Shown in pieces: positions 1 to 9,640 of a stretch of DNA of 64,000 nucleotides (position 1 is the stretch's first letter; each line of letters opens with the position of its first letter). Source of the DNA: Octopus sinensis (lineage: Eukaryota); NCBI RefSeq assembly GCF_006345805.1, contig NC_043000.1, positions 164,548,001 through 164,612,000 on the forward strand, given 5' to 3'. The notes beneath the pieces were generated by a model. The model made no database searches. It was given only the letters and a program-made list of their open reading frames with translations, and was not told the DNA's origin. The translations under genes and the position numbers were made by a program.

Positions 1-640
1 TTACTATCTTCAAGTCTTCAGGAAACATAACCTAGCATAGTTTTTTGATAGTTTCTTTTTTTTTTCTGCAGGCTAAGCGTTTCACGTGTAGGTCTTCTTT
101 GAGGTATAGTAGTTCGGCTGTTCTGAGGTTATATTGGAGGTCATCGGGACGAGAGTGCTTCCCGAGGAGCTCGCTGCCGACACATAAGATGTTGTTTTCT
201 TCACTTTTCACCACTAAGTTAATGTATATATTATTGCTGCTGTTGCTTTGGAAGTGCAGTCAGCACTGATCTCAAGGCTCTGCCTCTTTTAAGTCTTCTT
301 AGATGGAGCCTGTCGATATCACCATCCCTATGGAGATTTCCAGTTGATGTCAGTATTTTGCGGGGTTTAACATAAATGGGGTGGATTTCCTCTACAGACC
401 AGTCAAGTATCCCAAATTCTGGAATCAACACTGACACTGCAAAGACATGTTGGGATATTGTTTTATTGCAGAGGAGAGTTCCGACTTCTATATGTTACTA
501 AGTTTGGCATAATGTTTTCGGATCACTCTATTTTTATTTGCACTACCTTCGTCTGATAGGTTTTCATCTATGCCCAGGTATTTGTAGCATTCATTGTGTG
601 GGACAGGAGAGGTAATCAAACCATTGATACATAGGTGTTG
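1..640 (-). mobile_element. Decayed R4/Dong-like (restriction-endonuclease-type) non-LTR retrotransposon fragment, region C-terminal to RT
   Basis: Minus-strand peptides in different frames: YKYLGIDEN...NKNRVIRKHY (ORF 488-811) and FGILDWSVEEIHPIYVKPRKILTSTGNLHRDGDIDRLHL...GRALRSV (ORF 231-437). These match my recollection of the R4/Dong post-RT pattern (W..EEI..ID.KTRK.LT..G..H...D.DRLY..R..GGRGL). Frameshifted. Confidence 0.65.
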
Positions 641-641
641 A

Positions 642-786
<145 letters not shown>

Positions 787-1199
787 TGAAATAGCTCTTT
801 AGTTCTAACATAGATTTCAGTGAAATAACAATTATTCAATTGTTCTAACACTTGAAAAGGCAACCGACAAATAGAATTCTGAAAACGGAAATTATTGGGT
901 TATTTCCCTTCGAACGTGTTTACCAGTGGTCTCCCCTTGAACAGAAAAGTTTGAAGTTTCAACTACTTTTTTGTTAACGTTTGTATATTCACCTTTGTAG
1001 ATACTTGTTATAATACACGGGAGATCTTTTTAAAATATGTTCCATCCTTAATTGAAATCTTTTAAAAATGGATTTCATAAAGATTCTTCCAATTCATCCC
1101 GTCGAAGACAACGTATGAGTGTTCAGCTTTTGCCGAACGACCTTCACAAATGATTCGTTAATAGTGATCAAATGTTCGTGCCGCACAATAGCTCCCTCC

Positions 1200-1384
1200 C
1201 TCCATCAAATCGACGTTGTCTGAACAGGTTCACGGTGCACCACGCGTAGAAATGTCGAAGTGATCGAAGAGTAACTTGATATGAAGTGTTTTGCACAAAG
1301 AACACAACGCACCACCCGATCTACGAATTCAAACCACGATCTCGCAATCATGAGCGCAACAACTCAAACACTTGGCCATGCACT

Positions 1385-1388
<4 letters not shown>
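1200..1388 (-). mobile_element. Degenerate tRNA-derived SINE
   Basis: Reverse complement begins GAGTGCATGGCCAAGTG (A-box-like) then GGTTTGAATTC (B-box-like); similar to the copies at about 34190-34440 and 58740-58845. Confidence 0.55.
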
Positions 1389-1436
<48 letters not shown>

Positions 1437-1446
<10 letters not shown>

Positions 1447-1659
1447 AATTGAGGACTGAACACGAAAAGTGGACAGTCAACATGCTAAATATAGACGTCA
1501 AATCGCCATTCTCCACAAAGAGTGTGTTCTCACATAAAACTCAGTTTTGTGCTGAGTTTTATGTGAGAACACACTCTTTGTGGAGAATGGCGATTTGACG
1601 TCTATATTTAGCATGTTGACTGTCCACTTTTCGTGTTCAGTCCTCAATTGGTATATATA
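1437..1659. repeat. Perfect inverted repeat, 108-bp arms (100 bp non-microsatellite), 7-nt spacer
   Basis: 1445-1544 is the exact reverse complement of 1552-1651; spacer TTTTGTG at 1545-1551; pairing extends 8 bp further into flanking TA. Confidence 0.95.
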
Positions 1660-1860
1660 AATATTTTAATCTTCGGATTCTTTTTAATATGCTAGACCAC
1701 TGGTTTTAATTGACTAATATCAATTTCTACCCTTAATTAATTTTATATAAAATATTATATATATATATATATACAATTTGATATAGTCGACTTTTACCCG
1801 TCTATATATATATATCTTACAGTTCTATATTTAAGTGATGAGGAACTAGATACATTATGT

Positions 1861-4310
1861 TTTTATTGCAGGCGATTTCAATCATCCTGAGATCAATTGG
1901 GAAACCTTCCATTGGCCACAGAGTGCAAACGATTTTGTTGAGCTTGTGCTGGACTCAAACTCGTCACAAGTAGTCACCTCTCCAACAAGAGGCGACAACA
2001 CCTTGGACCTGCTCTTCACCACAACTCCTGAAGCGGTTATCAATTGCACTACGGAGGAACCTCTAGGTGACTCTGATCATGCTATGATCATCGCCAATCT
2101 GGCTCTTGCGGGCAACAAAAACCTGAACCATCTCCAATCTGCTTCCTTCGATTGGAAGAGAGCAGATTGGAACCTGTACCACACTGAACTACAGCACCCA
2201 AACTGGCGTGAATTCTACAACTCTGGAGATGTGAATACTATACTCCAGAGTATCCTGGACTCAATATGGGCAGCATGTGCATCATCAGTGCCACGTAAAC
2301 AGAAAAAGACGAACCGCCCCAAAAGGGCAATTTGGGAAACTTCAGCGGTCCGACTTGCCAGGAAGGAACGTCGGACTGCTGAACGGGAATACAAGTTGCA
2401 TAAATCAGACACCAACAGAAAGAAGCGGAATAAATCTTCCAACCATCTCAAGCAAGTGACAAAAAAAGCAGTGCTTGAATTTGAACAGTGCATAGCAGCC
2501 AATCCTGACAGCAAGGTTTTCTGGAAATATGTGCATTCAAAGCAGAGACCTCACTCTCCAGTGGGCCCTCTTCGCAACCCTCACACAAATCAGATCACTG
2601 ACGACCCCAAGGAATGCGCAGAACTCATTGCCGAGTGCTATGCAAACATATTCACTGTTGAAAATCAAAATGTACCATCTTCACCATCACTAACATCAAA
2701 TTCCATAACAACTATGGAATTTACACCTGCAATGCTGCGACGTCACCTTCAAAATAAGCGCAACTATGCCTCCCCTGGTCTCGATGGAGTTACATACCTG
2801 CTTCTCAAACGTGCCAGGTACTTCCTTTTACACCAGCTTTCTATTTTCTTCCAGTACTGTCTCAACAATGGTGCTACTCCGGAACAGTGGAAAACTGCCA
2901 GTGTCATTCCTCTGTTCAAAAAGAGCGACCGCACATCACCTGTCAACTATCGCCCAGTCAGTCTCACTAGCTGTATTGCAAAACTGATGGAATCGTGTGT
3001 CAGAGAAACACTCTGGAACTTCTGGAGCTCTCACAGTCTCATCCGACCCTCACAATATGGATTTGTCCCTAACTCCAGCTGCAGTGATCAGCTTGTCGAG
3101 TTCCTTGAGGACATTACTCAAATCACTGACAGTGGCTCATGGTTGGATGTTGTCTACCTTGACTTTGCTAAGGCTTTCAACTCTGTGCCACACAAAAGGC
3201 TTATGGTGAAACTCTCTGCAATGGGTGTGAGGGATGACCTTTTTAACTGGTTGAAATCCTTCATTCTCAGCCGAAAGGAAGTAGTCACAGTTCTAGGACA
3301 GCATTCTACACCATATGAGATGTCATCGGGTGTACCACGGGGATCTGTCCTTGGTCCCCTCTTGTTTGTGGCATACATTAATGACATAGATGCCAATTTA
3401 AAGAATGCCACAGTATTGAAATATGCAGACGACATCAAGCTGTACCTTGAAATCAAGAGGACAGATCCTGATGTCTACAACTCTTTCCTGCAATCAGACC
3501 TAGACACAATGCAGCAATGGATCACAGACTGGCAACTGAAACTGGCTGTGGACAAGTGTACCACCATGCATTTTGGAGAAAAAACCCTGCGTCCACATAC
3601 TCCCTCCAACAACACTGATATCAAGAAATCCTCTTGCGAGCGTGACCTAGGCATCACTGTCAGCAGTGATTTGCGTTGGACAAAGCATATCTCTAAAATT
3701 GTCAAGAAGGCCGAGGGTGTCTTGGCATCACTCAGCAAGACTTTTGTTAGCCGCTCTCCAGCCATCTATTTAAAACTGTATACAGCTATGGTACGACCAC
3801 ACTTGGAATTCGCATCATCAGTTTGGAACCCCTATCTTGCTCAGAACATTGACCTCCTGGAATCTGTCCAGAGACGTGCAACCAAACGCATACCCTCCAT
3901 CAGACACCTACCATATTCTGAGCGCCTTGTTTCCCTGGGCATGGATTCACTGAAGCTCCGGCGTCTAGCGACGGACTTGGTAAACACCCACAAGGTTATC
4001 AACCACCTCACCAACAACAACACTGAACACCTTTTTGATCTCCATGTGTCTAACACACGTGGACATGCCTACAAAGTCAGAAAACAGCACAGCTCCCATG
4101 ACTTTCGGAAACATTTTTTCACGCTCAGGGTTGCTGAAGCATGGAATAAACTGCCTGCGTCAGTTGTTGACTGCCATGACACTGCATCCTTTAAGGCCCT
4201 CATGCTTTCCGAAATCCGCCGAAACTACACCTGATTATATATACACTTTAGATGAGTTGTAGTGCACCTGAGCACTGTACACAATTATTATTATTATTAT
4301 TATTTTATTA
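1861..4310 (+). mobile_element. 5'-truncated CR1/L2-group LINE with 3'UTR and (TTA)n tail
   Basis: Starts at the EN motif IAGDFNHPEINW (about 1865), then LDLLFT and SDH motifs and a complete RT. The 3'UTR GTTGTAGTGCACCTGAGCACTGTA is shared with the copy at 13728-14002. Confidence 0.9.
1946..4234 (+). CDS. LINE ORF2 (C-terminal part of APE endonuclease plus reverse transcriptase), N-terminally truncated
   Basis: 762-aa open frame with LDLLFT, GDSDH, PGLDG, NYRPVSLTS, QYGF, YLDFAKAF, GVPRGSVLGPLLF, intact YADD, RDLG, LYTAMVRPHLE, HFFTLRVAEAWNKLP. Confidence 0.88.
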   Translation: MLDSNSSQVVTSPTRGDNTLDLLFTTTPEAVINCTTEEPLGDSDHAMIIANLALAGNKNLNHLQSASFDWKRADWNLYHTELQHPNWREFYNSGDVNTILQSILDSIWAACASSVPRKQKKTNRPKRAIWETSAVRLARKERRTAEREYKLHKSDTNRKKRNKSSNHLKQVTKKAVLEFEQCIAANPDSKVFWKYVHSKQRPHSPVGPLRNPHTNQITDDPKECAELIAECYANIFTVENQNVPSSPSLTSNSITTMEFTPAMLRRHLQNKRNYASPGLDGVTYLLLKRARYFLLHQLSIFFQYCLNNGATPEQWKTASVIPLFKKSDRTSPVNYRPVSLTSCIAKLMESCVRETLWNFWSSHSLIRPSQYGFVPNSSCSDQLVEFLEDITQITDSGSWLDVVYLDFAKAFNSVPHKRLMVKLSAMGVRDDLFNWLKSFILSRKEVVTVLGQHSTPYEMSSGVPRGSVLGPLLFVAYINDIDANLKNATVLKYADDIKLYLEIKRTDPDVYNSFLQSDLDTMQQWITDWQLKLAVDKCTTMHFGEKTLRPHTPSNNTDIKKSSCERDLGITVSSDLRWTKHISKIVKKAEGVLASLSKTFVSRSPAIYLKLYTAMVRPHLEFASSVWNPYLAQNIDLLESVQRRATKRIPSIRHLPYSERLVSLGMDSLKLRRLATDLVNTHKVINHLTNNNTEHLFDLHVSNTRGHAYKVRKQHSSHDFRKHFFTLRVAEAWNKLPASVVDCHDTASFKALMLSEIRRNYT

Positions 4311-4315
4311 AATTA

Positions 4316-4466
4316 TTTACATTTTACGGATATTTGTCCTCATCTTTGTTCTTAACACAACGTTTCGGCTGATATACCTTCCAGTCTTCATCAGGTGTCT
4401 TGGGGAAATTTCGAACCTTGGTTCTCATTCCTAAGGTATTTTTCGATGTTGTTGTTGTTATTATTA

Positions 4467-4497
<31 letters not shown>

Positions 4498-4509
4498 CAT
4501 TATTATTAA

Positions 4510-4568
<59 letters not shown>

Positions 4569-4650
4569 TTACTGCTTGGAATCGAACTGGAATTTTAGGG
4601 TTAGTAGCCGCGCGCTCTTAACCACTACGCCATATGCCCGTGGGCCCACG
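4316..4650 (-). mobile_element. tRNA-headed SINE with internal (TAA)n and a hammerhead ribozyme motif (copy 1)
   Basis: Minus strand: A box TGGCGTAGTGG (4622-4632), B box GTTCGATTCC (4578-4587), (TAA)n 4448-4564, hammerhead 4354-4399. Colinear with 62811-63060. Confidence 0.85.
4354..4399 (-). ncRNA. Minimal type I hammerhead ribozyme motif
   Basis: Minus strand reads GACAC-CUGAUGA-A-GACUGG-aagguaua-UCAGCC-GAAA-CG-UU-GUGUU: stem I GACAC/GUGUU, full core, stem II with one mismatch, self-complementary ACGU stem III, predicted triplet GUU. Confidence 0.75.
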
Positions 4651-4939
4651 CGAGGGACTGTTGCAAATGAAAACGGAGAATTTCGCCTGCAACGAATTAA
4701 TATTGTTTATTAAATCTACTCTGCAGTGAATGCAATGAATATTTAAATTTGTGAAAATATTTAGTTCAGTTTATTCAATAACCTTATGAAATCGAAATTA
4801 CAGGAACTTTCTTGGAACATGAATTAACAAAAAAATATTTCCAGACGGTCAAGCCTTTAATAGTTGCTTTCTCTATTATAATATAGATGGTGCCCCAGCA
4901 TGGCCACGGCCTTAGGGCTGAAACGTATAAAAGAATATA

Positions 4940-5847
4940 TGAGGGTGGTATCTAAAAGAAACCGGAATTTCGTAATATTATTTTATTCATTTAGTTTTAC
5001 ATGTTTATACTTTTATCGCCTTCAAAGTATTCTCTATTTGAAGCAATGCATCGGTCCAGACGTGTTTACCACTGTTGGAAGCAGAGCTGAAACTCTTGAG
5101 ACGTGATGCCTTTCAACGCCTCCGTCGTTTTTTTTTCTTCACCTCTTCCACATCTGCAGATTCCATAGCACCAACTTTCACCACCAGAAATGACCTTCAA
5201 AAAGAGATCCGGATCAACTTCCAACTGTTCTTTCAGTTCACGACACACATTCAGTCGTGACTGCTTTTGATCTTCTGTGAGCAAGCGAGGAACAAATTTT
5301 GCTGCAGCTCTTTTCATTTGCAATTCCTCGCTGAAAATTCGTTGGCAGGAGCTCCAAGATACATTAGTTATATAAACAAGTTCATCATTTGTTCGGTGAC
5401 GGTTCTCCATGATCAGTTCATGAACTTTCATGATGTTTTCGTTCGTTTGAGAGGTCGACGGTCGCCCTGAACAAGGTTGGTCCTCAAGCGCGAAGTGCTC
5501 ATTTCTGAAGCATGTAAACCACTTGTAGACTTCTGTTTTTGCTCATGGCAACGGTCCTGTAAGTTGTTTGAAGCATGACAATTGTTTCGGCTGCCGTTTT
5601 CCCCTTCAGGAAACAATGTCACGGAAGCACGCTATTCCTTCGTTTCCGCCATCGCAAACATTGACGAACAGGGGAGAAGCACTGCAAACCAAAGACTCAC
5701 CACGTGGCAGTGTGACTCCACCGGATAACGCCGGTCGGCAGACTGATGCCTGAGGATCGCCTCAAGTGGCTTCTAGCAACGGAGGCCTGAACTACAACGG
5801 GCTTGTCCCACACTGAGCGTTTCCAGTTACTTTCGGGTACCCCCTCG
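4940..5847 (-). mobile_element. Internally deleted mariner transposon
   Basis: Imperfect TIRs (TGAGGGTGGTATCTAAAAGAAACCGGAA / TTCCAGTTACTTTCGGGTACCCCCTCG) with flanking TA. Transposase remnants AAKFVPRLLTEDQKQSR...VISGGESWCYG are fused directly to the C-terminal EFQLCFQQW, so most of the catalytic domain is deleted. Confidence 0.85.
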
Positions 5848-5879
5848 TATATATTAACCAATATGAATTCTCAGATGAT

Positions 5880-5963
5880 TATCTATCAATCTATATCTAT
5901 ACCTACCTACCTACCTACCTACCTACCAACCTACCTATCTACCTACCTACCTACCTATCTATA

Positions 5964-6027
<64 letters not shown>

Positions 6028-6030
6028 AGT
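5880..6030. repeat. (CTAC)n/(CTAT)n tetranucleotide microsatellite
   Basis: Visible tandem CTAC then CTAT units. Confidence 0.95.
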
Positions 6031-6059
6031 CTGTCTGTACACACACACCATCTATAAGG

Positions 6060-6225
6060 CACAGGCGTAGCTGTGTGGTAAGAAGCTTGCTTCTCAACCA
6101 TGTGGCTTAGATTCAGTTCCACTGCGCGCGGCACCTTGAGCAAGTGTCATCCACTGTGGCGCCGGGGCCATCAAAGCCTTGAATGTGGATTTGGTTAGCG
6201 GAAATTGAAAGAAGCCCATCGCATG
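6060..6225 (+). mobile_element. tRNA-derived SINE family B, partial
   Basis: GGCGTAGCTGTGTGGTAAGAAGCTTGCTT...GGCACCTTGAGCAAGTGTC...GGAAATTGAAAGAAGCCC; related copies at 7392, 27480, 34770, 38035, 47125, 58190. Confidence 0.8.
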
Positions 6226-7391
6226 CGCGTGCGTGTTCCGATGTCGTCAGTGTTATCCTTTAATATAAGGAAATTGATAGACTAATTCTCAGTAATATAT
6301 TGAGGTCGAATCCTTCGTGGTTAGTATTTGGGATGGGTATGGAGAAAGCAGTAGTGGTTAAGTAGACGGAACATCCGAAGTTGAATTCGAATTGGTATGA
6401 TAAAGGCTAGTAAGATGCGAGCTAGCTGAATAATTAGTACAGCGGACAAAATGCTTAGCGGTACATCTTCCAGGTTGAGTTCAAATTCAGTCAAAGTCAG
6501 CTTTGCCTTTCATCCTTTCAGGGTCAATAAAAATAACTACCAGTTGGGCAAGGGGGTCGTAATCGATTAACCACTTGCCAGAAAATTTCAGGCTGGATCT
6601 TATTAAATTTCTTCCAGCCACTAGAAGAATTTCAATTTCTCATCTGATTGTTTCCGAATTTTCTACATCAACGTAGTCTTGATGGCTTGATACTATTCAC
6701 TTTTTTTTTTTTTTTTTCAAAAATCAGTAATAAAAAAGTTACTAGAATTTAAAGTTATGTACATTTTTGGAAAATATTCAGGTGAAAAAATAAGTGGTTG
6801 AAATTTAACAAGATCCTTCAGTCTTTCTGCCTATTGTAAAAAGCATATTATAAGGGCTGGTTCTAATGAGCCCACGAGAAAGCCTCTGCTTTGTTGCTCA
6901 TCTGCAAGAAATAACAGCCAAATATGCCTCTTGTGAAGAGTTTGTTCACCATTCCCACGATGATGCTTCTTCACAAATATCATGTGGGAGATTGTTTGAT
7001 TGTGATGGATGTGGTGGCCATCATCGCGCGTATAAAAAATGAAGCAAATTTACAAACTTAACTCTTAACATATGCTGGACATGACATGGCCTACTATGAT
7101 GGTTGTTTACAGACGAAAGAGGCTGATAATATAACCGCCGACTGGGAAGAAAGAACTGCGTTGTGTCTTGTTGAAGGTGAGCTGGTACATCATGAATGAA
7201 TGGCTCAATCGTGATGCTTATCTGAATATCTTGCGGTTGGGGTTTAAATCTGCGCAAGGGTCATCTGCCAGTGATTTGCGGTGTAAACGGAAAGACAAAT
7301 TATCACAATAATGAAAATGCACGCAATATGCAACACAAATGCAAAAAGAAGTAACAATGACTAAGCAATAAATTTGTATGACTTGCAAATA

Positions 7392-7770
7392 GGTTGTGTG
7401 GTAAGTAGCTTGCTTACCAATCACATGGTTCTGGTTGCTGTCCCACTGCGTGACACCTTGGGCAAGTGTCTTGTACTACAGCCTCGGGCCGACCAAAACC
7501 TTGTGAGTGGATTTGGTAGATGGAAACTGAAAAGAAGCCCGTCGTATATATGTATATGTATATATGTGTGTGTGTGTTTCCCCCTCCCCCCATCGCTTGA
7601 CAACCGATGCTGGTGTGTTTACATCCCCGTAACTTAGCGGTTCGGCAAAAGATACCGATAGAATAAGTACTAGGCTTACAAAGAATAATTCCTGGGGTCG
7701 ATTTGCTCGACTAAAGGCGGTGCTCCGGCATGGCCGCAGTCAAATGACTGAAACAAGAAAAAGAGTAAAG
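7392..7770 (+). mobile_element. tRNA-derived SINE family B, near full length
   Basis: Head, central GACACCTTGGGCAAGTGTC, internal TA/TG microsatellite, and tail ...GGTGCTCCGGCATGGCCGCAGTCAAATGACTGAAACAAG. Confidence 0.85.
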
Positions 7771-7953
7771 AGTTCTTTTTTCTTTCTTTTCTTTTTTAGC
7801 GACTGCAGAAAAAAAAAAGAAAGAAAGAGAAAATGATTTTTTCCGGTTAAAATAGTAACAAAATGTTCAGCACCCTTCTTATGACATATAGCCACAGTAA
7901 ACTATGAAATATAATCAAGGTGTCTAATGTCTCTTGGGGAATATTTATCTGCT

Positions 7954-8033
7954 TTGGATAGTAATGCGTAGGTTAATGGTTTATCATCAGTTTATACTGA
8001 TGATAAACCATTAACCTACGCATTATTATCCAA
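7954..8033. repeat. Inverted repeat, 38-bp arms, 4-nt loop
   Basis: 7954-7991 pairs with 7996-8033 with one G/T mismatch. Confidence 0.93.
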
Positions 8034-8039
8034 GAAATG

Positions 8040-9060
8040 GCGAAAGTGCTTTTCTTACAAGTAAGCTGCTTCTGTGTCTACCAAAAGCCGATATATGGAA
8101 ATAATGTCGTAGACGCTACTTATTGAAGACACGCCAAGAGCACCTAGAGCTGTAGTCCCGCTTAATTCCTGGCGCTGCCGTTTTTCAGCGATTGAGTGGT
8201 TAATTTGAAAGAACATTTTTGGGTGCATCTGTGTGCCTTAACACCAAAGTGGTTGTGATACCAACAGAATATCGTAGGTCTCTCACAAAGACTGAATGAT
8301 CAATTTATTAAAATCTGTCAGCTATGAGATTTCGAACAGGCAGAATATCGAGGTGATTACAAGTGTATGAATCTGTCTGTCAGAGTTTGAATTTTGACTT
8401 TAGTTGTCTTATGAAACGTCACTAGTTCAGAGGAAATAGCAAAAATGGATGTGGAGGGCAGATGCTTGGCCAACAACGTTGCGATGGAGGAGGAAGAGCT
8501 TCTGCGTTAGAAGTATTGGAAGAAGAATTACCCATAATATCTGCGGTAGAGCTCTGCTTTCTTACAGGTGTTAAAATGGCTTGCACGTTTGCTTGGTTGT
8601 TCCACCTGCCAGAAATAGCAGCTAAATTTGCCTCTGTTGTGAAGAGTGTTTGTTCACCATTCTCGCGATGATGCTTCTTCACCAATATCGTGGGAGATTG
8701 TTTAATTGTGATGGGTGTGATGGAGACCATCATCGTGTGATCTAGCTGGCAGCGTGTAGAAAACAAAGTTGTCACAACATCAACTCTTCATACTTCTCAA
8801 CAGTTAGAAAGGCTTCTTACCATCCAAGACGTCCTTGCAAAGGAGTTGGTAAAAACCTTTTTAGTTTGAACGTAGAAGTTTGCAAAATTTCCACTTTCAT
8901 ACTCAGAAGGAAGCAACGGACAGGTGAAGTTGCCATATTTTAGCACAGGTTATTTGGAATCACTCAAACGAAAAGATACGAAACGATTAAGTTCGGTTGT
9001 TATTGCAAACTCGGGAAGGTTCTAGATAAAATTCGCTCCTAAATCATGCATTCGAAGATA
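8040..9060 (-). mobile_element. Decayed Ty3/Gypsy LTR retrotransposon gag-protease remnant (absent from the ORF track)
   Basis: Minus strand 8266-8207 translates CWYHNHFGVKAHRCTQKCSF (CHCC gag knuckle of CsRn1-like Gypsy elements). 8114-8064 translates VYDIISIYRLLVDTEAA (degenerate aspartic protease LVDTGA motif). The extent above about 8400 is uncertain. Confidence 0.7.
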
Positions 9061-9185
9061 CACGTAACGTTCTTTGGCATTCGAAAGTTGGTTTTAATTG
9101 CTATGTTACGCGGACGAGAAATTCGTGAGGGAAAACTACGTATCTAACACGTTAATAGACACGGTTTTAAGATATCAACGTTGAG

Positions 9186-9640
9186 GGCGGCAAGCTGGCA
9201 GAGACGTTAGCACGTCGGGTGAAATGCGTAGCCGTATTTCGTCTGCCGTTACGTTCTGAGTTCAAATTCCGCCGAGGTCGACTTTGCCTTTCATCCTTTC
9301 GGGGTCGATAAATTAAGTACCAGTTATGCACTGGGGGTGATATATTTGACTTAATCCGTTTGTCTGTCCTTGTTTGTCCCCTCTATGTGTAGCCCCTTGT
9401 GGGTAGTAAAGAAATAGATATTAAGATATCAACGTTGAGGGCGGCGAGCTTGCAGAATTGTTAGCGCGCCGGGCGAAATGCTTAGCGGTATTTCGTCTGC
9501 CGTTATGTTCTGAGTTCAAATTCTGCCGAGGTTGATTTTGCTTTTCATCTTTTCGGGGTCGATTAAATAAGTACCAGTTACGCACTGGGGTCGATGTAAT
9601 CGACTTAATCCATGTGTCTGTCCTTGTTTGTCCCTCTCAG
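9186..9640 (+). mobile_element. Two adjacent copies of tRNA-derived SINE family A
   Basis: GGCGGC(A/G)AGCT..CAGA...GAGTTCAAATTC..GAGGT.GA.TTTGC.TTTCATC.TTTCGGGGTCGAT..AAGTACCAG at 9186-9416 and 9440-9640; both preceded by TTAAGATATCAACGTTGAG. Confidence 0.88.

Noticed and set aside
1946-4234. Active autonomous LINE or prokaryotic RT system (retron, group II intron, DGR)
   Set aside because: The endonuclease N-terminus and ORF1 are missing, and motifs and tail are those of a eukaryotic CR1-group LINE.
4570-4640. Functional tRNA gene (also 62965-63040 and other SINE heads)
   Set aside because: A and B boxes are present, but the acceptor stem does not form well and each head is fused to a SINE body.
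8804-8848. Plus-strand 45-nt exon LERLLTIQDVLAKEL with AG/GT borders
   Set aside because: Falls in the probable antisense of the Gypsy gag remnant and has no partner exons.
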